From NCBI GenBank assembly GCA_043758775.1, contig JAYVMU010000037.1, forward strand, positions 8,318 through 72,317: a stretch of 64,000 nt of DNA, read 5' to 3'. Source of the stretch: Methylophilaceae bacterium. Lineage in GTDB: Bacteria; Pseudomonadota; Gammaproteobacteria; Burkholderiales; Methylophilaceae. Shown here piece by piece: positions 17,456 through 27,341 of this stretch. Each line of letters starts with the position of its first letter. Position 1 is the stretch's first letter. A program made the translations under genes and the position numbers. A model generated the notes under the pieces. It was not told where the DNA came from and searched no databases. It saw only the letters and a list, made by a program, of their open reading frames with translations.

Positions 17456-18379
17456 TTAGTGTACTGAACTGCCAATTCTTTTCAGCTCATCCAGATTGAA
17501 CCAGATAAAGAACGCTCTACCCACTAAATTATTTTCTGGCACAAAACCCCACACACGGCCGTCTGAGCTGTTATCACGGTTATCACCCATGGCAAAATAA
17601 TGTCCTGCTGGCACTGTCACTGTCTGGCCATTAGCAAATTGGTCACCAATGCTGCCTGGTGCAAATTCACCCACAATATCGTGAATTAAAATATTGTGAT
17701 TCACGTTACCCAATTGCTCCGCATCACGTTTAGCGGTAATCATGTTGAGGCCTGGCATTTCATATTCATAATCCGCTACGTACTTAACCTCTTGCACTTG
17801 GCCGTTAATTGTCAATTGCTTATTTTTATAAGAGATTTTATCGCCAGGCAAGCCAATCATACGCTTGATATAATCAATCGAAGGGTTTGGCGGATAATGA
17901 AATACAAACACATCGCCACGTTTAGGATGACTAATTCCTATAAATGTTTTGTTTGTAATTGGCGCACGCAAGCCGTACTCGAATTTATTTACTAAAATAA
18001 AATCACCTGCGAGTAAGGTTGGCATCATCGAGCCTGACGGGATTTTGAATGGCTCTACCAGAAATGAGCGAATCAAAAATACCGCTAAAATAACGGGAAA
18101 GAAGCTTTTAGCGTATTCAAGCACTTCTGGCTCAACCGCACCTTTACCATTTTTTTGTTCTCGGCGACGTTTGAAAAACAAAATATCAGCTAACCAAATG
18201 CCTCCCGTCAATAGTAGTACCAGCAACATAAATACGGCAAATGGTATTTGATCAGTTTTGACTAACCACAATCCAGCCAAAACCAACTCGGCAAATATAA
18301 ATAAGCCCACGCTTAACTTGCGTTGCACCAGCATGACCACACCAGCTAAGGCAATGGCGATAAAAATATAATTAATCAT
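17456..18379 (-). CDS. lepB: signal peptidase I
   Basis: PSGSMMPTL (Ser), DYIKRMIGLPGD (Lys) and GDNRDNSSDGR boxes, with two N-terminal TM helices. Confidence 0.95.
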   Translation of the reverse strand: MINYIFIAIALAGVVMLVQRKLSVGLFIFAELVLAGLWLVKTDQIPFAVFMLLVLLLTGGIWLADILFFKRRREQKNGKGAVEPEVLEYAKSFFPVILAVFLIRSFLVEPFKIPSGSMMPTLLAGDFILVNKFEYGLRAPITNKTFIGISHPKRGDVFVFHYPPNPSIDYIKRMIGLPGDKISYKNKQLTINGQVQEVKYVADYEYEMPGLNMITAKRDAEQLGNVNHNILIHDIVGEFAPGSIGDQFANGQTVTVPAGHYFAMGDNRDNSSDGRVWGFVPENNLVGRAFFIWFNLDELKRIGSSVH

Positions 18380-18409
18380 TTATTCATTTGTCCTATTGAG
18401 CTTTAAGTC

Positions 18410-20203
18410 CTATTTATCTTCAACTCTTAAAATTGCCAAGAATGCTTCTTGTGGAATTTCCACATTACCTACTTGTTTCATACGCTTTTTACCTTCTTTT
18501 TGTTTCTCTAACAGCTTTTTCTTACGACTAATATCGCCGCCATAGCACTTGGCCAGTACATTTTTACGCATGGCTTTTACTGTTTCACGCGCGATAATAT
18601 TAGCACCGATTGAAGCTTGAATTGCTACATCAAACATTTGACGTGGAATGAGCTCGCGCATCTTAGCCGCCACCTGGCGACCACGGAACACGCTGTTGCT
18701 ACGGTGCACAATCAGTGACAGTGCATCTACCCGTTCACCATTCACCATAATATCTAATTTGACTAAATCGGCTGCTCTAAACTCTAAAAACTCATAATCC
18801 ATCGAAGCATAGCCACGTGACACGGATTTTAATTTATCAAAAAAGTCTAACACCACTTCATTCAATGGCATCTCGTAACTCAGCATCACCTGACGGCCCA
18901 TATACTGCATGTTCTTTTGGATACCACGTTTGGTCGTACACAAAGTCATGACTGGGCCCACGTAATCTTGCGGCATGAGCAGATTGATATTAATCATCGG
19001 CTCACGAATTTCTTCAACACGTGAAGGCTCCGGCAAGCGTGATGGATTTTCGATTTGCACGACATCGCCGTTTTTAAGCAGCAACTCATAGACTACCGTT
19101 GGCGCAGTAGTAATTAAATCCATATCGTACTCGCGCTCTAAGCGCTCCTGTACGATTTCCATATGCAGCAAGCCTAAAAAACCACATCTAAAACCGAAAC
19201 CTAGCGCGGTAGAGTTTTCCGGCTCAAATAACAAAGAAGCATCATTGAGACTCAGTTTTTCTAACGCAGTACGCAAAGCTTCAAACTGATTAGATTCTGT
19301 CGGATAAAGCCCAGCAAACACCTGTGGCTTCACCTCTTTAAAGCCAGCAAGCGCTTCAGTTGCTTGGCGGTCTGTATGCGTGACCGTGTCGCCCACTTTA
19401 GCATCAGCTAATTCTTTAATACCTGCAATGACAAACCCTACTTCACCCGCAGACAATTGTGTACGCTGGATAGACTTGGGCGTAAACACACCCACTTGTT
19501 CGCTCAGGTGCTGCGCACCTGTTGCCATGAGGCGAATTTTTTCTTTGGGTTTTAATGTGCCATCAATCACACGTACTAGCATCACCACACCAACGTAATT
19601 ATCAAACCAAGCGTCGATTACCAGCGCTTTAAGGGGCGCATTGGCATCACCTACTGGCGGCGGCACTTTGACAATCACTGCCTCTAATACATCACGCACG
19701 CCCTCGCCTGTTTTGGCTGAACAACGTACTGCATCTGTTGCATCAACGCCAATCACATCTTCAATTTCCTGAATCACCCGTTCCGGGTCGGCCGATGGCA
19801 AGTCAATTTTATTTAATACAGCAGTGACTTCCACGCCTAAATCAATCGCGGTATAGCAGTTGGCGACGCTTTGTGCCTCAACCCCCTGAGAAGCATCCAC
19901 CACCAGCAATGCACCTTCACAAGCGGAAAGTGAACGACTGACTTCGTAGCTAAAATCCACATGCCCTGGTGTATCAATCAAATTAAACTGATAAATCTGA
20001 CCATCTAATGCCTTGTACTCAAGCGCGGCTGTTTGCGCCTTGATGGTAATACCGCGCTCACGTTCCAAGTCCATAGAATCAAGCACTTGTGCTTCCATTT
20101 CGCGGTCTGACAAGCCGCCGCACAAATGAATAATACGATCAGCTAAAGTGGATTTTCCATGGTCAATATGGGCAATAATGGAAAAGTTACGGATGTTTTT
20201 CAT
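18410..20203 (-). CDS. lepA: translation elongation factor 4 (LepA)
   Basis: [31 protein letters not shown]. The track start at 20221 is a TTG, and ATG 20203 matches the canonical LepA N-terminus. Confidence 0.95.
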   Translation of the reverse strand: MKNIRNFSIIAHIDHGKSTLADRIIHLCGGLSDREMEAQVLDSMDLERERGITIKAQTAALEYKALDGQIYQFNLIDTPGHVDFSYEVSRSLSACEGALLVVDASQGVEAQSVANCYTAIDLGVEVTAVLNKIDLPSADPERVIQEIEDVIGVDATDAVRCSAKTGEGVRDVLEAVIVKVPPPVGDANAPLKALVIDAWFDNYVGVVMLVRVIDGTLKPKEKIRLMATGAQHLSEQVGVFTPKSIQRTQLSAGEVGFVIAGIKELADAKVGDTVTHTDRQATEALAGFKEVKPQVFAGLYPTESNQFEALRTALEKLSLNDASLLFEPENSTALGFGFRCGFLGLLHMEIVQERLEREYDMDLITTAPTVVYELLLKNGDVVQIENPSRLPEPSRVEEIREPMININLLMPQDYVGPVMTLCTTKRGIQKNMQYMGRQVMLSYEMPLNEVVLDFFDKLKSVSRGYASMDYEFLEFRAADLVKLDIMVNGERVDALSLIVHRSNSVFRGRQVAAKMRELIPRQMFDVAIQASIGANIIARETVKAMRKNVLAKCYGGDISRKKKLLEKQKEGKKRMKQVGNVEIPQEAFLAILRVEDK

Positions 20204-20380
20204 GTTGGATATTTGAGTCAATTCTTATGCTTACCATTCATACTTACAAATAAATAAGGCGCATTAAGCGCCTTTTAAAATTAACACGCATTTTACAGCA
20301 AACGCTTGATTAGCATAAGATTTATTAATAACTAATTTTCACTTATAAAATATCTGCTTTAAATAATATAGTAGTGTAGT

Positions 20381-20405
20381 AAAAAGCCCATCAAATGATG
20401 GGCTT
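20381..20405 (-). terminator. rho-independent terminator after mucD
   Basis: The minus strand reads AAGCCCATCAtttGATGGGCTTTTT, directly after the mucD stop (20418). Confidence 0.8.
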
Positions 20406-20417
20406 CTGATAACTAAT

Positions 20418-21839
20418 TTATTTACCTGTTACTTTTAAAGGTACATACAGCGTATTCTCACCACGTAATACAAGCAATGCCACGGTTTTGCCGCTTGCTA
20501 TACCAGCAACTTGCTTATTAAACTGGTCTAAACTCTGTACCTCGGTATTGTTTAACCCCAAAATTACATCTCCACGACGTATGCCTGCCTGGGCAGCCAC
20601 TCCTTGTGATTCCACGACTAACAAGCCATTCTTACCAGTTAGCTTTTTCTTCTGTTGCGCTGTAAGCTCTTTCAACACTAGGCCTAACTTATTCACCTCA
20701 GGTTTTGCTGGCGCTTTAGGTGTGGTAGCGGCTTCTGCTTCCGTCGGCATTTCACCTACGCCCATATTCAGCACTTTAACAGCGCCTTTGCGTAGCACTT
20801 CTATCGGCACAACTCTGCCTGGCTTTGTAGAACCGACTGCCCGAGGCAAATCGCTAGATGCAATAATTGGTTTATTGTCAAACTTAGTGATGACATCACC
20901 TGCTTCTAAGCCACCTTTTTCCGCTGGGCTATTTTTCTCAACTCCAGCGATTAGCGCACCATTGGTATTTTTCATACCAAATGATTCAGCCAATTCTTTA
21001 GTCATTTCTTGAATAGAAATACCTAACCAACCACGGCTAATTTTGCCGCTGGTTTTGAGCTGATTGGAAACATCAATGGCAACATCAATAGGAATTGAAA
21101 ATGACAGCCCCACAGAGCCCCCAGTACGGCTGTAAATTTGCGAGTTAATGCCTACAACCTCTCCCGCTAAATTAAAAAGTGGGCCGCCTGAATTTCCTGG
21201 GTTAATCGCGACATCAGTTTGAATAAAGGGGACATAATTTTCTTGCGGCAATACACGCCCCTTCGAGCTCACAATGCCTGCTGTCATGGTATTTTCCAAG
21301 CCAAAAGGTGAGCCAATCGCTGCCACCCATTCACCTACTTTAAGCTTACTTGAATCCCCTATAGTCACTTTAGGCAAGCCTGTTGCATCAATTTTTACTA
21401 GCGCAACATCTGTGCGACGATCAGTACCGATGATTTTTGCTTTGAACTCACGTTTATCGAACAGCTTAACCACGACCTCATCAGCATCATCAACAACGTG
21501 TGCATTAGTAAGAATATAGCCATCACTACTGATAATAAAACCAGAGCCCAATGACTGGGTTTTGTAATCTTGTTGTGGCGCGCCTCCGGGGCTATTCGGC
21601 ATACTTGGCAAAGGTATACCAAAATGTTTGAATAGCTCTTGCATACCGTCATCATCCAGCGCGCCTGGCATGCTATTAGCCGCAACATGCGCGGTTTGAG
21701 TAATGCTGATATTGACCACTGCGGGACCTTGTTTTTCGTATAACTCGGTAAAATCAGGTAAATCTTTAGCAAAACTAATATTACTGGAAACTGCTGTTAC
21801 AAAAAACAAACTAACTGTTACTAAACATTTTTTTAGCAT
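20418..21839 (-). CDS. mucD: periplasmic serine endoprotease, DegP/MucD (HtrA) family
   Basis: Signal peptide, LTNAHVV (His), GNSGGPLF (Ser) and two PDZ domains. 473 aa. Confidence 0.9.
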   Translation of the reverse strand: MLKKCLVTVSLFFVTAVSSNISFAKDLPDFTELYEKQGPAVVNISITQTAHVAANSMPGALDDDGMQELFKHFGIPLPSMPNSPGGAPQQDYKTQSLGSGFIISSDGYILTNAHVVDDADEVVVKLFDKREFKAKIIGTDRRTDVALVKIDATGLPKVTIGDSSKLKVGEWVAAIGSPFGLENTMTAGIVSSKGRVLPQENYVPFIQTDVAINPGNSGGPLFNLAGEVVGINSQIYSRTGGSVGLSFSIPIDVAIDVSNQLKTSGKISRGWLGISIQEMTKELAESFGMKNTNGALIAGVEKNSPAEKGGLEAGDVITKFDNKPIIASSDLPRAVGSTKPGRVVPIEVLRKGAVKVLNMGVGEMPTEAEAATTPKAPAKPEVNKLGLVLKELTAQQKKKLTGKNGLLVVESQGVAAQAGIRRGDVILGLNNTEVQSLDQFNKQVAGIASGKTVALLVLRGENTLYVPLKVTGK

Positions 21840-21897
21840 CTACTCACCTCGGCTATATTATGTTGAATGATTGTTGAAAAATTAAATAGTGGGTTCA

Positions 21898-22416
21898 TCA
21901 GTTTTTTGCATTGCATTGGCTGATACTTTGACCTGCCAACCGTAAAATCACAGGCTGGTTTTGCGCACTGTACTTCCTTGAAGCGGTATGGCCTTTTACC
22001 CAAACAAAGCCTAAAGTTAAGCCAATTACAGCACCGATAACAGCATACAAATCGCCTTGACTGGGAGTTTTGGCAAAAACAGAAGTACTTAAAAGCGCAC
22101 CTATCATCATCGTTGCCAATGGTAAGGCATACAAGAGCAATGCGCTTTTTAGCACCACTTGCTCGTCTATACCGACAATTACACCGTCTCCCACTTGAGC
22201 ATTGATGAGATTCTTAGCTTTAAACGTACTGGATTTGTGCGCAAAAATCTTGCCCCATAATGAATTGCCGCAGCCACGGGTTTGGCCACATATGCCACAG
22301 GGAACTTGACGCATGATTTCTAGCGTGGCTATATTACTAGCTTGATGGTTAACTGGGATATTGCCATCCACCTCGCTGCTTTCAATGGCAATAATGACGG
22401 CTTGTTCTTCTATCAT
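21898..22416 (-). CDS. rseC: RseC/MucC family protein
   Basis: CGICGQTRGCG cysteine motif plus two C-terminal TM helices. It sits in the expected position after mucB. Confidence 0.8.
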   Translation of the reverse strand: MIEEQAVIIAIESSEVDGNIPVNHQASNIATLEIMRQVPCGICGQTRGCGNSLWGKIFAHKSSTFKAKNLINAQVGDGVIVGIDEQVVLKSALLLYALPLATMMIGALLSTSVFAKTPSQGDLYAVIGAVIGLTLGFVWVKGHTASRKYSAQNQPVILRLAGQSISQCNAKN

Positions 22417-22453
22417 GGCTTATAATCTTAATTCTTGCTGATGTTGATGCTAA

Positions 22454-23419
22454 TTATTTATTGAATCTAACCGCTTTCGATATCTGCATGACCGTATTCG
22501 CTGGCACTTCACCAATCACAATAATTTGATGCCCATCAATCACATTAGCGCACATATTGGTCGACCCCATCACTGTATGCCCAGTTTTTGGTCGAACCCC
22601 TTTACTAACAGGCTCGATAAATAAAGAAACGGCAGCCAACCCATCTGAATAAATCAGTTGATTCACTGTGACGCTCTTACTGGATATTTTAAATTCTATC
22701 TGATCAATTTTACGGTATCCCGGTGGCAAATCTGCAACTGCCCAGTCACCGCCATTGACATGGCTAACATTACTTGAATCATCTATCACATAGCTTTTAC
22801 TAACATCCAGCTTGGGCTGCACTATGCTAGTCTGTTGATTATTTTGAAAATTAATTTGATTAAATTCAACTTGTTCTACAGTTTCATTTTTATTCAATAA
22901 AATCATTTTAAGTAATAAACTATTTTCGTTATCTGTCCATAACTTATAGTTATAGCGATATGCATCTTTAGAGTCCAAATAAACTACTTGTGCGGATCTG
23001 CCACTCACTATTTCATTTGGACCAAAACGTGCGTTATAACTAGTTTTAATTAAATCTAAATTGCTAGGGAAAATTGCTGGAAAAAGGTTCTGGCCATGCC
23101 TTTTTTCCATAACCAGCTTATCGTTTCTAGGATGAATAATAACAATATCTTTACCTTGGCTATAAACTTCACGCGGCTCACCTTCCAAGACCATATCACG
23201 TGTGAACTCATTAGTGCCGTCGCTCATATGAGTAATTTGGACGGTGCGCACTTGAGCGCCATTCTGATAGACAAACAAACCTTTATAATTCAAAGCACGT
23301 GCAGCTATTGCCGTTTTTTGTAAGGAAGCCCAGGGCGCCTCCTCAGCAATGGCTTGACTTGGAAGCAAGCCGAATAAACTGGCTAGCCAAATGGTTAAAC
23401 AAACAACAAAACGCATCAT
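22454..23419 (-). CDS. rseB: sigma-E regulatory protein RseB/MucB
   Basis: Signal peptide, LNYKGLFVYQNGAQVRTVQITH region, 321 aa, 4-nt overlap with rseA. Confidence 0.85.
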   Translation of the reverse strand: MMRFVVCLTIWLASLFGLLPSQAIAEEAPWASLQKTAIAARALNYKGLFVYQNGAQVRTVQITHMSDGTNEFTRDMVLEGEPREVYSQGKDIVIIHPRNDKLVMEKRHGQNLFPAIFPSNLDLIKTSYNARFGPNEIVSGRSAQVVYLDSKDAYRYNYKLWTDNENSLLLKMILLNKNETVEQVEFNQINFQNNQQTSIVQPKLDVSKSYVIDDSSNVSHVNGGDWAVADLPPGYRKIDQIEFKISSKSVTVNQLIYSDGLAAVSLFIEPVSKGVRPKTGHTVMGSTNMCANVIDGHQIIVIGEVPANTVMQISKAVRFNK

Positions 23420-23919
23420 TTATGTGTAGACTCTGCATAAGCTACATTTTGCATATAGTAAGAAGCGCTACTAGGCGCAGCCTCTTGATGTGCTTGCAAA
23501 TATTCCATCGGCATACTTTGTGCAATTTCCACTGGTGCTAATTCAGTAGTTGCAACATTTTGTTGCAATACCATCCAACCTACAAACATGACTGCCGCGA
23601 CCGATGCGGCGACTGACCAGATGGGCATAGCACTCAATATAGGTTTTTTCGGCAACTTTGTTTTATTTTGATTTATAAAGGCAGACACTACGGGTTCGGT
23701 TATTACATTCTCGTGCGCTGGTTCGTTTTCCAAAGCCTGCATCACACGGCTATGAAAATTAGGATGCATCTTACTAGCACCGCGAATAACATCACCGATC
23801 AAGTGGTACTGCGCCCAACATTGGCTAAGTTCACCAGTGGACTTTGCGGCGGTTAATAAATGATCTGCATCGTCAAGATCAAATTCACCGTCAATAAGTG
23901 CTGATAATTGGTCTTTCAT
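23416..23919 (-). CDS. rseA: anti-sigma-E factor RseA/MucA
   Basis: N-terminal LSALIDGEFD motif and a central TM helix (IWSVAASVAAVMFVGWMVL). Confidence 0.8.
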   Translation of the reverse strand: MKDQLSALIDGEFDLDDADHLLTAAKSTGELSQCWAQYHLIGDVIRGASKMHPNFHSRVMQALENEPAHENVITEPVVSAFINQNKTKLPKKPILSAMPIWSVAASVAAVMFVGWMVLQQNVATTELAPVEIAQSMPMEYLQAHQEAAPSSASYYMQNVAYAESTHK

Positions 23920-24004
23920 GTAATTCTCCTGATACTGCTTAAACGTGCCACCCTTTAGTCGCTTTACAGCATATTCTTCTACAAACAGCTTCTCTGCTAA
24001 GCAT

Positions 24005-24748
24005 TTACCATCTCTTATTATCTGGGGTATCCAACAACGGACGTAATTTTAATGCAATGGTTTCACGTGCTCGAAATATACGTGAACGCACGGTACCAAT
24101 TGGACACTGCATTAAAGTGGCAATTTCTTCGTAACTTAAACCTTCTAGTTCGCGTAGCGTAATCGCGGTGCGTAACTCTTCAGGCAATGACGCAACGGTA
24201 TCGTTAACCGTTTGTGCGATTTGCTTGGTCATCAATTCAGTTTCGGGCGTTTCCATGGTACGCATTTCATCACCGCCATCAAAATTCTCTACATCTTCAA
24301 TCTCGATTTCAGCAATGACTTGCGGTCTGCGACCCATAGAGACCAAGTAATTCTTTGCTGTATTGATACCGATTCGGTACAGCCAAGTATAAAAAGCACT
24401 ATCACCACGAAAATTATTTAACGCACGATAAGCTTTAATAAAGGTCTCTTGCACGACATCTTCCACCTCAGCTTGATCACGTATCATGCGTGACAGCAGG
24501 CGGCCTAGTTTTCGGTTGTACTTCTCCACCAACAAACCAAAAGCGCGTTTATCTCCCTGCTGAGCACGCTCGACCAACACTTGATCTAACTCACGGTTAC
24601 CCGCTACTGGCGTGCCTTCGTTTGGCATATTGCCCATTGAGGTACTGCTCCCTATTTGCGTATTCTTATAACCCGTAGTATACCCTTGAGTCGAGGGTTG
24701 TACGAAACTGGTACGCGATAAAGCCTCAATATTTATTGTTTGTAGCAT
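24005..24748 (-). CDS. rpoE: ECF sigma factor RpoE/AlgU (maximal ORF; alternative start at 24637)
   Basis: Regions 2 and 4 are recognisable (DVVQETFIKAYRAL, LSYEEIATLMQCPIGTVRSRIFRARE). Both ATG 24748 and ATG 24637 are preceded by GGGAG. The conserved core begins near residue 50 of the long form. Confidence 0.9.
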   Translation of the reverse strand: MLQTINIEALSRTSFVQPSTQGYTTGYKNTQIGSSTSMGNMPNEGTPVAGNRELDQVLVERAQQGDKRAFGLLVEKYNRKLGRLLSRMIRDQAEVEDVVQETFIKAYRALNNFRGDSAFYTWLYRIGINTAKNYLVSMGRRPQVIAEIEIEDVENFDGGDEMRTMETPETELMTKQIAQTVNDTVASLPEELRTAITLRELEGLSYEEIATLMQCPIGTVRSRIFRARETIALKLRPLLDTPDNKRW

Positions 24749-24810
24749 ATAATATCTCCCAATATTTTACTGACAACCATTGCTATCACTTAAATCTCTA
24801 GCCTACTTAC

Positions 24811-24838
24811 ACAGACCTCGTTAAACTAATAGAAGTTC
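24811..24838 (-). promoter_or_regulatory. candidate sigma-E-dependent (autoregulated) promoter of rpoE
   Basis: The minus strand reads GAACTT(24838-24833)-17nt-TCTGT(24815-24811). This resembles the GAACTT-N16-TCTAA sigma-E consensus. Confidence 0.45.
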
Positions 24839-24896
24839 ATCTAAATTAAGCAGTCAATTTAAACAGTTTATTGATAGAAAAGTTAAGTAAATACTG

Positions 24897-26534
24897 ATGC
24901 AACAATATGATGTATTAATTATTGGGTCTGGCTTGGCGGGCTTGACGCTGGCACTTAATCTGGCAGAATCAAAAAAAGTCTGCCTAGTCAGCAAACGCAC
25001 TATTTCTGATAGCGCAAGTAGCTGGGCACAGGGCGGTATTGCGGCAGTATTTAATAATGACGATTCAATTCAAGCACACATACAAGATACCTTAATCGCC
25101 GGAGCTGGATTATGTGATGTTGAAGTGACGCGCCTAGTTGCTGAACATGGTCGCGAAACCGTAGAGTGGCTGATTGAACAAGGCGTTATATTTACCCGTG
25201 AAGATGACAACAGCGGTTATCATCTAACGCGCGAAGGCGGTCATAGCCACCGGCGTATCGTACATGCCGCGGACGCTACTGGTTTCGCTGTGCAAAAAAC
25301 GCTAGCACAAAAAGTATGTGAACATGCCAATGTTACGCTTCTAGAAGAGCATATTGCAGTGGATTTAATTACTGCACGCAAATTAGCACATCAGAAGCTG
25401 ATTCAACATGATTTAAGTGCAAAAACCGACTATTGCTTAGGCGCTTATATACTAGACAACAGCACAGGCAAAGTCATTACCATTGCTGCGCAGCAAACAG
25501 TGCTTGCTACTGGTGGTACTGGCAAAGTCTACCTTTACACAACCAATCCAGACGTCAGTACAGGCGATGGCGTAGCGATGGCATGGCGCGCAGGTTGCCG
25601 CGTTGCCAATATGGAGTTTATTCAATTTCATCCTACCTGCTTATACCACCCCAAAGCCAAATCATTTCTCATTAGTGAAGCCGTACGTGGCGAAGGTGGA
25701 CTACTTAGACTGCCAGATGGCACACGCTTTATGCCAGCATATGATGAACGTGCAGAGCTGGCACCACGTGATGTGGTGGCACGTGCTATTGACTTTGAAA
25801 TGAAAAAGCGCGGACTGGATTGCGTGTTTTTAGATATTACACACAGGCCATTAGAATTTATTCAAGCACATTTCCCTAATATTTACGCGCGCTGTTTAGA
25901 ATTGGGTATTGATATCAGCAAAGAACCTATACCTGTGGTACCTGCAGCGCACTACAGCTGCGGCGGAGTAATGACCGACCATATGGCACGCACTGACATC
26001 TCCAATTTATACGCAATTGGTGAAACTGCCTGCACTGGTTTACACGGTGCGAATCGACTAGCAAGCAACTCATTATTAGAATGCTTAGTATTTGGACAAG
26101 CCGCAGCGCAAGATATTATGCAGCAACCCATTAGAACTATTCCAATCTTGCCACATTGGGATGAAAGCCGCGTCACTGATGCCGATGAAGAAGTGCTGAT
26201 TACCCATACCTGGAACGAGCTACGGCGCTTTATGTGGAATTACGTCGGAATTGTGCGCACCAATAAACGTCTATCTCGTGCTTTGCATCGCATACATATG
26301 CTACGAGATGAAGTCGGCGAGTTTTATAGCAATTTCAGAATCAGTAATAATTTAATTGAACTGCGTAATTTATTACAAGTAGCTGAATTGATTGTAAATA
26401 GCGCAATGGAACGCCATGAAAGTAGGGGCTTACATTACAGCAAAGACTATCCAAATATGGAAGATGAGGCTGTGCCTACCGTGCTAGAACCGTCAAATTA
26501 CTACAGCCTGCTTGATCGCAACAGCACTCATTGA
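24897..26534 (+). CDS. nadB: L-aspartate oxidase
   Basis: [16 protein letters not shown] loop, 545 aa, divergent from rpoE as in E. coli. Confidence 0.95.
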   Translation: MQQYDVLIIGSGLAGLTLALNLAESKKVCLVSKRTISDSASSWAQGGIAAVFNNDDSIQAHIQDTLIAGAGLCDVEVTRLVAEHGRETVEWLIEQGVIFTREDDNSGYHLTREGGHSHRRIVHAADATGFAVQKTLAQKVCEHANVTLLEEHIAVDLITARKLAHQKLIQHDLSAKTDYCLGAYILDNSTGKVITIAAQQTVLATGGTGKVYLYTTNPDVSTGDGVAMAWRAGCRVANMEFIQFHPTCLYHPKAKSFLISEAVRGEGGLLRLPDGTRFMPAYDERAELAPRDVVARAIDFEMKKRGLDCVFLDITHRPLEFIQAHFPNIYARCLELGIDISKEPIPVVPAAHYSCGGVMTDHMARTDISNLYAIGETACTGLHGANRLASNSLLECLVFGQAAAQDIMQQPIRTIPILPHWDESRVTDADEEVLITHTWNELRRFMWNYVGIVRTNKRLSRALHRIHMLRDEVGEFYSNFRISNNLIELRNLLQVAELIVNSAMERHESRGLHYSKDYPNMEDEAVPTVLEPSNYYSLLDRNSTH

Positions 26535-26769
26535 TTAAAAAACACTTAAACGATATTGATACACCTGAGACTAATCATTTCTGCCTTAGCTTTTGCGATT
26601 ATCAAATCTGCATCAAAAAAACTTATTCAATTTAGCCTGAATCTAGCATTCAAATACCGAAATTAATTAATAAGTTAATATTTTTTTAATAAATGCAAAG
26701 AATATATTAAAATACCGCAAATTAAATTAATGCCATTTTTATTACCATTCTGAATATTTAGGAAAAGCT

Positions 26770-27249
26770 ATGCAAATCGCAATGAACACCGTAGTCACAA
26801 TGACTTATGAACTTAAAGATAGTGATGGCACTGTCTTAGAATCCAGCACCGAACCCGTTGCATATTTGCACGGTGGTTACGATAATATTTTTCCAAAAGT
26901 AGAAGAGCTCATGCACGGCAAAAACGTAGGCGATGTCGTGTCAGTGACTTTAGAGCCGGCTGACGCATTTGGTGAATACGACGAAGAGTTGGTGCAAATT
27001 GAAGATGCCAAATCTTTTCCCGCTAAAGATCTGAAAGAAGGCATGCAGTTTGAAGGTGAAGACGAATCTGGCGAAGTGATTTTATACACCATTACCAATA
27101 TTGCCGATGGCAAAGTTGTGGTTGATGGTAATCATCCATGGGCCGGTGAGCGTGTGCTGTTTAACGCAACCATTACCGATGTACGCTCTGCCAGTAGTGA
27201 AGAAGTAACACACCAACACGTGCATGGCGAAGGTGGTCACCACCACTAA
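26770..27249 (+). CDS. slyD: FKBP-type peptidyl-prolyl isomerase SlyD with short His-rich tail
   Basis: FKBP domain plus insert-in-flap domain. The C-terminus reads HQHVHGEGGHHH. Confidence 0.85.
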   Translation: MQIAMNTVVTMTYELKDSDGTVLESSTEPVAYLHGGYDNIFPKVEELMHGKNVGDVVSVTLEPADAFGEYDEELVQIEDAKSFPAKDLKEGMQFEGEDESGEVILYTITNIADGKVVVDGNHPWAGERVLFNATITDVRSASSEEVTHQHVHGEGGHHH

Positions 27250-27279
27250 GCAGGTGTTTTTATCTCGCCAGTAGTCAAT

Positions 27280-27307
27280 AAAAAGCATCCTAATGGATGC
27301 TTTTTTT
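27280..27307. terminator. bidirectional rho-independent terminator (slyD / mutS)
   Basis: AAAAAGCATCC-taat-GGATGCTTTTTTT. Confidence 0.85.
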
Positions 27308-27341
27308 ATCGCTATTTTTTACTTGTGAATTACACAATCGA

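Noticed and set aside
20488-21012. 174-aa plus-strand ORF inside mucD
   Set aside because: It is antisense to a well-supported HtrA protease gene and has low-complexity Ser/Pro/Ala-rich translation typical of shadow ORFs. The same reasoning applies to 14975-15445, 36890-37429, 28525-28929, 43089-43502, 45375-45770, 56038-56421 and the other short antisense ORFs in the track.
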